The translations under genes and the position numbers were made by a program. From the IMG/VR virus record IMGVR_UViG_3300026311_000001, positions 1-64,000 of that record: a DNA stretch of 64,000 nt; one strand, written 5' to 3'. A model generated the notes under the pieces. The model was not told the origin of the DNA. It did not search any database and was given only the letters and a program-made list of their open reading frames with translations. The stretch is from a virus. Shown one piece after another: positions 16,522 through 26,622 of this stretch. The stretch's first letter is position 1. Every line of letters begins with the position of its first letter.

Positions 16522-18897
16522 ATGCCAAATATTCCGAATGTTGATATTCAGCAGAGAGATGGGCTGTTATTCCCCGATATGGAAAGGATACCTTACTCTC
16601 AGAAGAACACTCCTGAATATGCCAGACAACTTATAAAAGCAGTATACGGACAGTATACAAATAATCAGGGCGATATACCGTATACAGGATGGGATGAAAG
16701 AGTAGAAAAACTACGCAAGATAGCAAGAGGGCGACAATCTCCTGAACAGTACCGTGATTATTTTGCAGGGGGGGAACTTCCTACACTTAATGTCCTTAAT
16801 GATCTTGATACTACACCTAAAAGCAATGCAGAAGCATCACGCAAAGGATGGTTTACCGGTTTTTTTGAAGAAGTAGTAAGTCCTATGCCCAATATGCTAA
16901 GAAAGGCTAAAGGAGACTTTTTAAGCAGGGACGTAGATGTGAAGCTTAACAGTGTTGATTCAGATGCGACCAGCAGGGAATTGTTAAGGATGAACAAGGA
17001 ATGGGCAAAGTTCAAGACAAACAGAGTAATTAATGATATAAAAAAACGTGCCGGATTGCCTACCAGGGAAGAAGTATTGACGGATTCTTATGAAGCGTTA
17101 ATGGATATTAAGAATGAAGGAGGTTTTAAAGACAGGCTGATGATAGCAATGGAGCAAGCTATCACGCATACTGAAGATATATCAAATTGGTCGCAATCAC
17201 TAAAAGAAAAACTATTCGATGATATATGGTCTAACGGGGTAGCTTTTGGTGTAGCTGAATATGATGAAAGCCAGTGCAAAGTAGTATGGAGATATAAAGA
17301 TATAAGAAACGTAGGCTGTCAATACTCATGGGAGAAAGATTACGATGGATGTCAGGCATTTTACTGGTTTGAAGAAGTCCCGTTAAACAGGATAAGGGAA
17401 ATTCAGGACAGGATGACGGACGGTACAAAGATGGGATTATCCAATGAAGATTTTAAAAAAATAGGAAATCGTTACAGGACATATTCAGATAATGTTAAAT
17501 CAGTATGGTATACAAATACAGACTACATGTCTAACGCCATTGATGTTAATGTATGCGTTATGCACCTTAGAATTATGGACGTTATCAAAGAAAAAGAATT
17601 AGAATATAGTACCGGGACAAAAAAATCACGGGTAGCTTATACTGATAACTATAACAAGAAAAAATACAAACTAATAGAAACAAGGAGGTTAGCCCGTTAT
17701 GATGTTTCATGGTTAGTAGGGACTGAGTTTATATTTGATTGGGGATGGGCTAAAAATCAGGCTTATATTAATGGAGTCCCTTCACTTGGTTTTGCGGGGT
17801 TCAAGCTTATGGAAAAAAGTCCCGTAGAATCACTTGTGCCTATTGCTCATTTATTTTCAATACATTGGATAAAGTTCGTCAATACACTTGCTAAAGCACA
17901 ACCGGACTTCCCGGCCATAGACATATCTAAATTAGCTGAATATGGGGATGGTGATAATAAATATGATCCGTTGATGGGGTTAAAGGTATTGAGGCAGGAA
18001 CTTGCATTATTATACGTAGGGGAAAATGCTACCGGTCAGGGAGGGGATAATATACCGGTTAAATTTATACAGAGTACTGCGTATAAAAGTCTTACGGAGC
18101 AGCTTAGTATTATGGAGGGATTATTAAGGCAGGCTGAGATATTAACAGGGATAAGCCCTATGTATTACGGAGCGGCACCGGATAAAGGACAGCCGGTAAG
18201 AACATCATTAGCAAGTCTTAATTCAACAAATACATCAATGGGATATCTGATGCATGCCGTAATGAGGATAAAGATAAAGTTAGCGGAGCAGACAGTTCCA
18301 ATGATTGCTAACCTAATAGATATAGATGAGGTTTCAAGGGAGAACTATTCAACGGTCATAGGAGAAGATGATGTCCAGTCGATCATTGACAATATGGGAC
18401 AGATGGATAAGCTAGGGCTTAAATTTTATCCAAGACCTACAGATGAGATGAAAGACCGGGTAGTCCAAAATATGCAGTTCTATGTGGCGCAAGGGTTCCT
18501 TGACCCCGTTACTGCAATGAATATGGAATATCATTTATACAGGGGCGGTAATTTTATGGAGATACTTCATAAGGTAGACTTTAAAGTACGTCAGGAAAAG
18601 AAAAGGCTTCATGCTGAGAAGATGGAAATGATAAGAGAGCAGGGAAGAGCCAATGAGAAGGCTGCACAGGTAGAAATACAGGGTAATCTTAAAGAAAAAC
18701 AGATGGATGCTCAGATACAGCAACAGAACGCATTTTCAAAAGGATTATCGCAAACGGCAATAGATGAAAATAAAATGCTTAATGACGTAAAAAAGATGCT
18801 TGTAGAGAAAATGATAGAAAGGGGAGAGGACACTACTAATGTAATAACTGATTTACAGGAGATTGCCAATGCCAGAAAGCAGCAATTAACTGTATGA
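16522..18897 (+). CDS. portal protein (putative)
   Basis: 791 aa, between terminase and scaffold, with a charged coiled C-terminus. Call rests on synteny. Confidence 0.6.
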   Translation: MPNIPNVDIQQRDGLLFPDMERIPYSQKNTPEYARQLIKAVYGQYTNNQGDIPYTGWDERVEKLRKIARGRQSPEQYRDYFAGGELPTLNVLNDLDTTPKSNAEASRKGWFTGFFEEVVSPMPNMLRKAKGDFLSRDVDVKLNSVDSDATSRELLRMNKEWAKFKTNRVINDIKKRAGLPTREEVLTDSYEALMDIKNEGGFKDRLMIAMEQAITHTEDISNWSQSLKEKLFDDIWSNGVAFGVAEYDESQCKVVWRYKDIRNVGCQYSWEKDYDGCQAFYWFEEVPLNRIREIQDRMTDGTKMGLSNEDFKKIGNRYRTYSDNVKSVWYTNTDYMSNAIDVNVCVMHLRIMDVIKEKELEYSTGTKKSRVAYTDNYNKKKYKLIETRRLARYDVSWLVGTEFIFDWGWAKNQAYINGVPSLGFAGFKLMEKSPVESLVPIAHLFSIHWIKFVNTLAKAQPDFPAIDISKLAEYGDGDNKYDPLMGLKVLRQELALLYVGENATGQGGDNIPVKFIQSTAYKSLTEQLSIMEGLLRQAEILTGISPMYYGAAPDKGQPVRTSLASLNSTNTSMGYLMHAVMRIKIKLAEQTVPMIANLIDIDEVSRENYSTVIGEDDVQSIIDNMGQMDKLGLKFYPRPTDEMKDRVVQNMQFYVAQGFLDPVTAMNMEYHLYRGGNFMEILHKVDFKVRQEKKRLHAEKMEMIREQGRANEKAAQVEIQGNLKEKQMDAQIQQQNAFSKGLSQTAIDENKMLNDVKKMLVEKMIERGEDTTNVITDLQEIANARKQQLTV

Positions 18898-18953
18898 AAA
18901 AGTGATATTTTGAATTATATATATTTGCAGAGACCAACAAAACAAAATTAATT

Positions 18954-20120
18954 ATGGCAGACGATATAAAAGATTTACTGTTTTTGAAACAGGAAGCACA
19001 ACCGGCAGCAACGGAAACTGTGAAAGCAGAAATTCCTCCGGTAGAAGTAAGTGCTACTGAAGTAAACACAAGGGAAGCAACATCTGAAACTCCTAAAGTG
19101 GAGGTAACACAAACTGAACTGCCGGAATATTTAAAAAAGGTCAGTGAGTATTCAGGAAGGGAATTTAAAAGTGATGATGAATTAAAAACGTTCTTTGAAC
19201 AATACGATATAATCTCAAAGGAACATTCCGATTTAAAGGGTGCTACCGAGAAGAATAAAGTTATCGAGGAATTTATCAGGGAGAAAGGGAAGTTGTATGA
19301 TCCCGTAGCTATGTTTGGAGGAAAGGACAACTACAGAAAACTACAGATAGCTACAGAGCTTGCTAAAAGTGGTGACAGGACGATGGCGATGGAGTTAGTC
19401 TCGTCAGACCTTGATAAAGTTCACGATCTTGACCTGATGGGTAAGTTTGCCCAATATAAGACTCCCGGACTTGATGGAGGATTAAAAGGAGGAATAGAAG
19501 CGTACCTTGAAAGTATAGGGGTAAATACGGATGATATCGAGGATTGGAACACCGCTAAAGAACTGTTTGAAAAACTACCTTCAAAGAAAAGAAGTGTAGT
19601 ACAGTTAAAAGCGGCAGAATTACGGGATAGTTTAAAGAAATCTATTCAGTCTGTAAATGTCCCTGATGCAGAGAACCCTATAACAGAGATTATATCGAAA
19701 TATGACGAACAGACAAAGAATATAGAAGCCTTACAAGGTCAGTGGAATCAAAAAGAGGTGATGACTCAGATAACTGACAGCCTTAAAAAGTTACCATTAC
19801 CAAAGTACGGATTCGACTTTGAAATAAAAGAGGATGTCTCGCAGATCGTAAACGATTATCTTGCTTCCGCAGCACGGAGAGGCGTACAACCTGATGAGGC
19901 CGGAAGGCTGAAGGTGCTGAAAGCTATCCAGGAAGAGATATTTAGCAGGAACAGGTACCAGATCATTGATGCTATAGTATCTCATAAGGAAGCGGAGATA
20001 AGAGCTGAACTTCAAAAGAAGTACGAGAACAAGACTCCGATAAGCACACCACAGGCTCCTAAATTGGACGATGCAGCGAAAGCGGCTAACGCACAATGGA
20101 GGAAGGTTGTAGGGGTGTAA
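18954..20120 (+). CDS. scaffolding protein (putative)
   Basis: 388 aa, acidic, helical and low in complexity, directly upstream of the capsid gene. Confidence 0.5.
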   Translation: MADDIKDLLFLKQEAQPAATETVKAEIPPVEVSATEVNTREATSETPKVEVTQTELPEYLKKVSEYSGREFKSDDELKTFFEQYDIISKEHSDLKGATEKNKVIEEFIREKGKLYDPVAMFGGKDNYRKLQIATELAKSGDRTMAMELVSSDLDKVHDLDLMGKFAQYKTPGLDGGLKGGIEAYLESIGVNTDDIEDWNTAKELFEKLPSKKRSVVQLKAAELRDSLKKSIQSVNVPDAENPITEIISKYDEQTKNIEALQGQWNQKEVMTQITDSLKKLPLPKYGFDFEIKEDVSQIVNDYLASAARRGVQPDEAGRLKVLKAIQEEIFSRNRYQIIDAIVSHKEAEIRAELQKKYENKTPISTPQAPKLDDAAKAANAQWRKVVGV

Positions 20121-20145
20121 ATGTGAAACTTTAAAAAATAATAAA

Positions 20146-21624
20146 ATGCCGACTACAGCAACAATCGGTGGAGCGGCCGTAACGACCCCCACCAGTAATA
20201 TGACGGTAGGAAATACCGGAGCGACTTGGCTTTCCTGGATGGCCAATGTAGCAGGAGTTACTGATCCTAATACTTATCCGCAGATCTACAAGAAATACGG
20301 AAAGACAGCATACCCATTATTCAGGGATATCATCCGTGCAAAAGGGCAGGAAATGGGAGGCCCGGCACAGGACTTAAATGTTCTGGAAGAAACAGCATAT
20401 TGGAGACCTATTGTTACACGTGAAATAATTTCAGCCGGGGAAGCCGGGGCAGCTATCACTGTTTATCTGCATTCGAGTAATTACGAGAGTACCAAATCAC
20501 CGGTACAGGAGCGTGATGTTATTCTTATCCCGGCCAAATATCTGAAGGCAGGACAGAATAAATCAGCAGAATATGTTGTGATGAAATTGGGAACAGATGC
20601 ACTTACAAACGACACTCTTACTTGCTATCCGAAAAATACAGCTACGGATATTGACACAGATATTCCGGCAGGAGTTGAACTGGCAGTAGGGCCTAACACA
20701 TGGGCGGTAGGTGAAGGACAGCCGAAAGGTAAGAACAACTTCCCTGTAGACTACACCTATACTCGTGGTATTATCAAAGCTACCGTAGGTATTGAGCAGG
20801 ATTCTGTTGCTACCAAATTTGAGCCTGTAGAATTTAATGGAAACCGTTGGCTTATCAACGACCTTACTATTAAAATGGAAAGGGACATTGAATTCATGGA
20901 AGACTGGATGTTTTTCAGGGGAGAAAAAAACAGCAACCAATCCGTTCTTTTAGGTACTTCAGGGATCACAGGAGATAATGGGATACTTCGTTCATGTGAC
21001 GGTCTGACGACCCTTATGGATGATTATTCACTTAACGATACCTATGACACTACATTCGATGAATCACATCTGGATAATGTAACCGAAGGGCTTATCGCAA
21101 TGGGCAACCCGTCAAGGGACGTAGCAGTGTACTGCGGCCATATGTTCCGCAAGGATATGAACGATGTGTTCAGGGATTACATGGAGAAATATTCTTCTTC
21201 CGATCTGTATGACCGGGTTAAGAATATGCTAGGGGTAACCCCGGATGTATTGAACTGGAATGGTGTAAACTTCTATTTCCAGATACTTCACACGCTTAGC
21301 AATCCTTCAGTAACCGGTATTACCGCAAGTGGAGATTATCTGTATGAAGAACCTTATATGGCTATTTTCATCCCTGATAACCCTATCACGGTATCTAAGT
21401 TCGGGGAACAGGTAAATGCTTCTATACCGAATATCGGAGTTCAGTATACCAATTACAATGGCGAGAACAATGGTAAGGTGTTCAACATACTGAAAGGTAT
21501 GACAAACCTTGAAGGAGGTAACCTGGGTACTGACAAAGCAGGTGTATTCTACTACATGATGTCAGAATCTAAGTTCTTCGGTGGAGCCTGGGAGCAGAAA
21601 TTCCTTTACAGGAAACAGAAATAA
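20146..21624 (+). CDS. major capsid protein (putative)
   Basis: 492 aa, after the scaffold, with high-expression-like codon and aa composition. Call rests on synteny. Confidence 0.6.
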   Translation: MPTTATIGGAAVTTPTSNMTVGNTGATWLSWMANVAGVTDPNTYPQIYKKYGKTAYPLFRDIIRAKGQEMGGPAQDLNVLEETAYWRPIVTREIISAGEAGAAITVYLHSSNYESTKSPVQERDVILIPAKYLKAGQNKSAEYVVMKLGTDALTNDTLTCYPKNTATDIDTDIPAGVELAVGPNTWAVGEGQPKGKNNFPVDYTYTRGIIKATVGIEQDSVATKFEPVEFNGNRWLINDLTIKMERDIEFMEDWMFFRGEKNSNQSVLLGTSGITGDNGILRSCDGLTTLMDDYSLNDTYDTTFDESHLDNVTEGLIAMGNPSRDVAVYCGHMFRKDMNDVFRDYMEKYSSSDLYDRVKNMLGVTPDVLNWNGVNFYFQILHTLSNPSVTGITASGDYLYEEPYMAIFIPDNPITVSKFGEQVNASIPNIGVQYTNYNGENNGKVFNILKGMTNLEGGNLGTDKAGVFYYMMSESKFFGGAWEQKFLYRKQK

Positions 21625-21679
21625 AAAACGGAGGGGGTAATACCCCTCCTTTCATAATACCAACACAAAACAAAACAAA

Positions 21680-22738
21680 ATGATAGTCGTAGATAAGAAA
21701 GAATTGAATTTAGACACGCCGGTAACGCATAATGAACTATTGGTGTCTAAATGGATCTCAGATCAAAAAGAAAAAAGAGGTAATGATGCAGTCATAAAAC
21801 TCATCGACATAACGCCTCTGAAGAAAAATCAACTTGTATTTAAGCAGCCGAAAGGATTTGACGTATCAGGGCATAAGGTAAACAGTAAGACCGGTGTGAA
21901 AGAATACTGGATATACTGTGACCAGAATCCTAAAGTGTTGAAAAACGGAGAAAAGTATTATCCAAAGAAACATTTAAGGTTTTTCCGGGAAGCAAGTTTC
22001 TCTTTAAACGGAGATGCCGCATTGCTATATTTCTTACTTGAAGTAGTAGATGTAAAACAGTTCGGTTTTATCGTAGAGGACAAAGAGGCAATGGCAAAGA
22101 AAAAGCTTGACATGAGAAGAAATGCCTCTATTGTTGAGAACATAATCCTTGAAAAGTTAACGAAAGAAGATGTCGTTAAGTTTGCCGGACGTTGGGGGAT
22201 AAAAGTAGATGGCAAAGGAGATAACGAACTTCGTGATGAACTATGGGAAGCCATAAAAGTGATGAATGAAAAGGCAAGGAAATCCGGTGACGATGATAAC
22301 AAGATTTTCAGGCAGTTTATTGCCGAGGCTAACAGTGACGGGACAATTGTAAAGGTAGGAATGTACTTCTATAAAGCTTTAAAAGATAAGCTTATCTCGT
22401 TCAATCCGAACAACAGGACATATTTCTGGACGGACAGCCATGAAGTATTAGGAGGATATATCCCGCCGAATATGATCCATTCAAAGGAAGAATATATTAT
22501 CAACTTATTGACCAATGATGAAAAAGAAAGAAACCAATTTATGATGGTTTTAGGGGGAGAAGTCGATAAGGTAGCTGCTGACGCCGGGGATTATAAAATG
22601 ATCAAATCGCCTATGGCAAAAAAGGCATGGGCTAAAAAACATCTCGGATTAGAAATTCCTTTGGTAAGACTTGAAGAAGGGGATAAGCTAATCGAGGAAT
22701 TTTTGAATAAGAGCAAAGAACAAGTTCCGACAGAATAG
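21680..22738 (+). CDS. hypothetical structural-module protein
   Basis: 352-aa ORF after the capsid gene, followed by a terminator. Confidence 0.5.
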   Translation: MIVVDKKELNLDTPVTHNELLVSKWISDQKEKRGNDAVIKLIDITPLKKNQLVFKQPKGFDVSGHKVNSKTGVKEYWIYCDQNPKVLKNGEKYYPKKHLRFFREASFSLNGDAALLYFLLEVVDVKQFGFIVEDKEAMAKKKLDMRRNASIVENIILEKLTKEDVVKFAGRWGIKVDGKGDNELRDELWEAIKVMNEKARKSGDDDNKIFRQFIAEANSDGTIVKVGMYFYKALKDKLISFNPNNRTYFWTDSHEVLGGYIPPNMIHSKEEYIINLLTNDEKERNQFMMVLGGEVDKVAADAGDYKMIKSPMAKKAWAKKHLGLEIPLVRLEEGDKLIEEFLNKSKEQVPTE

Positions 22739-22758
22739 TGTTTTGTTTTCGTTGGTTG

Positions 22759-22796
22759 TCAGTCCTCTTGTCTTTAAGATAAGGGGACTTTTTTGT
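22759..22796 (+). terminator. rho-independent terminator
   Basis: AGTCCTCTT-gtctttaagat-AAGGGGACT followed by TTTTTTG. Confidence 0.55.
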
Positions 22797-22849
22797 AATA
22801 AAAATCCACGGTTCAGTTGACCGGGGATAAACTAACCGTTCCTTCAAAG

Positions 22850-23974
22850 TTATGAAATCTTACCAAGGTTAAATTCCATTACTTCTTCTGGTTTGCAACA
22901 GGCACCGTAGAGTCCTGTAATAAATCGCAACAAAATATTCAAGGATGCATTCAAATCTGCGTTGTCCTCGTGGCTACATTTAAGACACCTGAATATCTCT
23001 AAGTTTCGATTCATCCTATCAGAATAACCACATTTCGGACAGGTTGTACTTGTATAAAACGGAGCTACAGTGCGAAACTTAACACGGTTAAGTTCACATG
23101 CCATTTCAAGCCGTTTCAACCAATACTTCCAATTCCAAATTCCAATAGAGCGTCTAATATTTTTAGTCAATAGACGTTTGACCTTTGTATTCTTTCCAAG
23201 ATCCTTCAATTTTTCAACTACAATCATATCAGGATCAAGTTTAATTATCTCTTGGACTACTTCATCTATTCTTTGTTTTAAAGCTCTACGAGCCTGTTTC
23301 TGACCGTTTGAGCCATGCTTACATCTCTTTACTCTTTCAATACATGATTTAATGTCAGTACCAAGCTGTGTTCTATTTGAAAGAGATGCTAAAGCATTAA
23401 TACCAGTATCAATACCCAAAACCTTGTTACCTTCTTTTTTAGGTAAAGTTTCAATTTCAAAACTAAACTGAACATATCTATCTGTAATGATATATGAATT
23501 CAATCGTTTACCTTGCAGACTCAACTTATTAAAATGTTTGTGATATCTAATTGGTAAATCCATTATATGTTTACCACCAACAGAAGCAACGTGCAACCAA
23601 GCATCAAATTCAACAGACTCCTTTGAATCTATCAAATCAGCGATAGTACAAGAAACATACATTCTTTTGCCTTTGTGAACAGGCATTACCATCTTATTTG
23701 GTTTATCTTTCCACCTTTCACGAGTAGCTTTGATCATATCAATCGCTTCACGGGCACAAACTTTCCGCAATCTTGCCGATAGCCACGTATCCTTTGGAAG
23801 ATCAACTATATCTTTAAGCAATTCAGATTTGGATGGTAAGTTGCCATTCTCCCAGAAGTGCTTAATAAAGACATTACAAACCTTACCATATTCAGTAAGT
23901 ATAGTTTGTAATTCTTCGATTTTAGATTTAGTAGCAAACTTTAAGCTACATTTAGTTGATCTTATCAGTTTCAT
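22850..23974 (-). CDS. tnpB: TnpB (RuvC-like RNA-guided nuclease family, IS607-associated)
   Basis: LGIDTGIN (RuvC-I D), IVVEKLKDL (E), CPKCGY...FRCLKCSHEDNADLNASLNI (Zn finger plus RuvC-III D). Confidence 0.85.
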   Translation of the reverse strand: MKLIRSTKCSLKFATKSKIEELQTILTEYGKVCNVFIKHFWENGNLPSKSELLKDIVDLPKDTWLSARLRKVCAREAIDMIKATRERWKDKPNKMVMPVHKGKRMYVSCTIADLIDSKESVEFDAWLHVASVGGKHIMDLPIRYHKHFNKLSLQGKRLNSYIITDRYVQFSFEIETLPKKEGNKVLGIDTGINALASLSNRTQLGTDIKSCIERVKRCKHGSNGQKQARRALKQRIDEVVQEIIKLDPDMIVVEKLKDLGKNTKVKRLLTKNIRRSIGIWNWKYWLKRLEMACELNRVKFRTVAPFYTSTTCPKCGYSDRMNRNLEIFRCLKCSHEDNADLNASLNILLRFITGLYGACCKPEEVMEFNLGKIS

Positions 23975-24156
23975 ACATATACAACGTCTTTAAGACCACC
24001 TATATGTTGGTGTTGATTCACATCGGGATTGTTACAATCCAGTACTTTATCCACAACACTGAGAGTTTCCTCTCTGTTTAATTGTGAATTTGTAGAGCAA
24101 AGAACTTGTGAAGCATTCTCTGGTACGTTTTTTAACTCTAATTGTAACTTCTGCAT
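23971..24156 (-). pseudogene. IscB N-terminal leader fragment fused upstream of tnpB
   Basis: MQKLQLELKNVPENASQVLCSTNSQLNREETLSV.. parallels MQKFKKKLKNTPGDTSQVLCSVNSQLNKEETLSV.. of 45536..45877, which continues into a PLMP motif. Here the frame ends at ..VVYV. Confidence 0.4.
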
Positions 24157-24223
24157 AAATTTTAATTTTTAAGCTCCCTAATCAACTCTTACGTTGTGCA
24201 TCACTACACAAGCCCCTTGATCT

Positions 24224-24706
24224 TCAGTCAAGGGGTAATTGACTTTGTTTCTTTTTCCTATTTTCAGCACTTCTTTTGCCATAAACTTTTGATGATGTTG
24301 AAGCAACCAATGACATAATATCTTCAACCAATTCAGCTTCAAAAGACTTTGGTAATGTTTCTTCTAATATAACAACATCTACTCCATGACTACTGAAAAA
24401 CCTTTGATAAACTGCAAAGTTAAACCTTGTCAATCTATCTTTATGTTCAACAATAACTTTATTAATCTTGTGTTTTTCTGCAATATCTAATAGTTTATGT
24501 AATTTAACTCTTGTATCTGACATTCCAGAACCAACTTCTTCAAAGATGAAATCAACTTGATATTTCTTTTTAACGCAATATTCAAGCAGTCTACCTTTCT
24601 GTCTATCTAAATCACCTTTTTGTTTCTGTTCATGGGAAGATACTCTACAATAAACCCTTATTTCTTGTTTGCGCCGGTAACTTTTGCGGCCATGTTCAAT
24701 ACAAAA
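24224..24706 (-). pseudogene. tnpA: IS607-type serine recombinase TnpA lacking the N-terminal HTH domain
   Basis: Hand translation upstream of the track ORF gives ..RVYCRVSSHEQKQKGDLDRQKGRLLEYC..GSGMSDTRVKLHKLL..DRLTRF. The catalytic-Ser motif is present, but there is no ATG and no MerR-like domain before it (in-frame TGA at about 24707). Confidence 0.65.
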
Positions 24707-24978
24707 TCATCCCATGTCCAATCTGTTTCCTTTGCAATTTTCTGTCCTAACCTTACAACAGCCTGAAGTGCTTCTTTTGCTTCGGGATTCAATTCATCCA
24801 TCTTACCCAGGTAGTCAGAAACAATAGCGTTGTAATCAGAAATACTCGAAACAACATTGTTGTCAACTTCTGTTTTGGTTTTGTCGATAATGAAAGCTCC
24901 GACAATAAGCAGATCTTGTCCAATTTCGCTATTAAGAATAGCTTTAAATTCTTCGGGAGTTAATTTAATCTTACCCAT
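24658..24978 (-). CDS. hypothetical protein
   Basis: Track ORF of 106 aa. Its 3' end overlaps the recombinase fragment. Confidence 0.5.
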   Translation of the reverse strand: MGKIKLTPEEFKAILNSEIGQDLLIVGAFIIDKTKTEVDNNVVSSISDYNAIVSDYLGKMDELNPEAKEALQAVVRLGQKIAKETDWTWDDFVLNMAAKVTGANKK

Positions 24979-25161
24979 AAAAGTACTTTTTTGATTATTA
25001 ATAGAAATTATAGATCGTTATAACGTGTACAAGGTACGAAAAAAATTGAATAAATAGTTTGTTTATGTAAAAAATGTATTATAGTTGTGTCGTTATAGCA
25101 CACATATTAATGAGAAGATTTCGTGAAGATTTCTTGTAATATATTAAGCCTTATTGATTTT

Positions 25162-25449
25162 TCAGTAAGGCTTTTTAATGTTTTTATTAATAGAATCGTT
25201 AACCTTTCGTATAATTGACTTGTCAGATTTAAGATCCCGGTGTATAATTCCTACGCCTCCCAAGATTGTAAATCCGAAGTTCATCGCTTCCAGAACATCG
25301 GGATCAACATTGTTTTTTACGACTGCCAATTGACAGGCTCCTAATCCGATAATGGATATTGCAGATTTTTTACCATTAAACCATCTGCCAGCTTTTACAA
25401 CACCTGACCAAACTTTCTGACCAAATGTCTTTTGGGGTTCTTGTGTCAT
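25162..25449 (-). CDS. small membrane protein (holin candidate)
   Basis: Two hydrophobic segments (SAISIIGLGACQLAVV; FGFTILGGVGIIH), and a 4-nt overlap with the endolysin gene. Confidence 0.4.
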   Translation of the reverse strand: MTQEPQKTFGQKVWSGVVKAGRWFNGKKSAISIIGLGACQLAVVKNNVDPDVLEAMNFGFTILGGVGIIHRDLKSDKSIIRKVNDSINKNIKKPY

Positions 25450-26033
25450 ATATTAAAATATTTAAGTTGTCCTGAAATGAATAGTTCAGCTTCGGATTGC
25501 CTTCGGTACGTTAGTCCGGGAAGTACTTTTAATACTCCATTAGTCCTAATTTTATTCCACATTAGAAATGCCTCGTAAATCCTTCCGGGAGAATCTTTAA
25601 GTTTAACCCTTTTTAATAATGAACTGGAACCAAAATTTCCGATGCCTATGTTGTACACAATTGATACAAGTGCATCAAATTGATTTTGGTTAATGGGTAA
25701 ATTAAGGCTATTTACCATGATTTCCCTTTTATCACAATCTTCGTCCAACCAATCTACAGCTTTGCTTTCTGTCAGCCCTTCGCAAAGTTTATAGGCAAGT
25801 TTTTTGTCTTTCTCACCTTTCAGGAATGATCCGGTTTCAGGATTCCTCAATGCCCTGCCATATCCACCTGTCCAGATACCTTTCGGGCAGGTTTTGGGCT
25901 GTAGTCCTATCATATGAAGATCTCCGTCATGAAGTCCTTCATAATGCTTGATAAGATCAAGTCCTTGAGTACTGATTTTAAATGAGGTCATTGTTTCATT
26001 TTTATTAAATCCTTTATATCGTCTAATCTGCAA
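25446..26033 (-). CDS. endolysin, GH24 (T4/lambda-type phage lysozyme fold)
   Basis: GLDLIKHYEGL...WTGGYGR...NQNQFDALVSIVYNIGIGNF..SSLLKRV...GLTYRRQSEAELF matches the Phage_lysozyme motif order. Confidence 0.85.
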   Translation of the reverse strand: MQIRRYKGFNKNETMTSFKISTQGLDLIKHYEGLHDGDLHMIGLQPKTCPKGIWTGGYGRALRNPETGSFLKGEKDKKLAYKLCEGLTESKAVDWLDEDCDKREIMVNSLNLPINQNQFDALVSIVYNIGIGNFGSSSLLKRVKLKDSPGRIYEAFLMWNKIRTNGVLKVLPGLTYRRQSEAELFISGQLKYFNI

Positions 26034-26338
26034 GCGAAATCTTCAAATCTCGCACTTACAAAGCAACGAAATTGTTCTATCGTGTCCTTAAAATCGTTTT
26101 TCACGTTAGCAAGGTCACGTTCACCTTCCTTGCTCATATTATCAATTTTATCGGTTAAATCTTTTTTTATCTCATCAAGTGCCGATTTATCTGCTTTCTT
26201 ATCAAGAGCTTCACGGGTTTCTTTTTTTGATGCTAATATCGCACCCCCAATTGACAATAATAAAGTTACCAATATAGAACCTATTTTTATCCACATATCA
26301 TGCGAAGCAGAAGCCGAAATAACAGTATCAAGATACAT
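25988..26338 (-). CDS. N-terminally anchored coiled-coil protein (lysis-associated candidate)
   Basis: TM segment IGSILVTLLLSIGGAILA followed by a charged helical region. Sits in the lysis neighbourhood. Confidence 0.35.
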   Translation of the reverse strand: MYLDTVISASASHDMWIKIGSILVTLLLSIGGAILASKKETREALDKKADKSALDEIKKDLTDKIDNMSKEGERDLANVKNDFKDTIEQFRCFVSARFEDFACRLDDIKDLIKMKQ

Positions 26339-26622
26339 AAGGCCATAAATATTATAAATTCATACAAAAACTTCCATCCATATTTAATTGCCATCAGATT
26401 ATAGAGAAATATACAAAAATACCCCAACTGCACCAACCCGACAATCAATATAATCCGGCCTTTTAATGTGTCTGTGCTTAAAGCTACCAATACAATACCT
26501 GTTCCGGCACAAGTAAACAGATAATGGATCGGAGATAGATCAGTAATCAAAAATAGCGGATAGGATGCAAAGATTAACAATGCACCTATCACAGCTATAG
26601 TATTTCTAAACCTCTCACTCAT
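26287..26622 (-). CDS. polytopic membrane protein (holin candidate)
   Basis: 3-4 hydrophobic helices across 111 aa. Confidence 0.4.
   Translation of the reverse strand: MSERFRNTIAVIGALLIFASYPLFLITDLSPIHYLFTCAGTGIVLVALSTDTLKGRIILIVGLVQLGYFCIFLYNLMAIKYGWKFLYEFIIFMALCILILLFRLLLRMICG

Larger units (their letters stand above)
22796..24706 (-). mobile_element. IS607-like element (truncated serine-recombinase tnpA plus tnpB); ends not defined
   Basis: Serine recombinase fragment and TnpB lie in tandem on the minus strand. The element interrupts the structural and lysis modules. Confidence 0.6.

Noticed and set aside
18836-20246. Antisense ORFs inside the scaffold and capsid genes (18836..19330, 19797..20246, 20563..20940, 20757..20969).
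   Set aside because: They lie entirely within longer, compositionally sensible plus-strand genes in a terminase-portal-scaffold-capsid order. No start context supports them.
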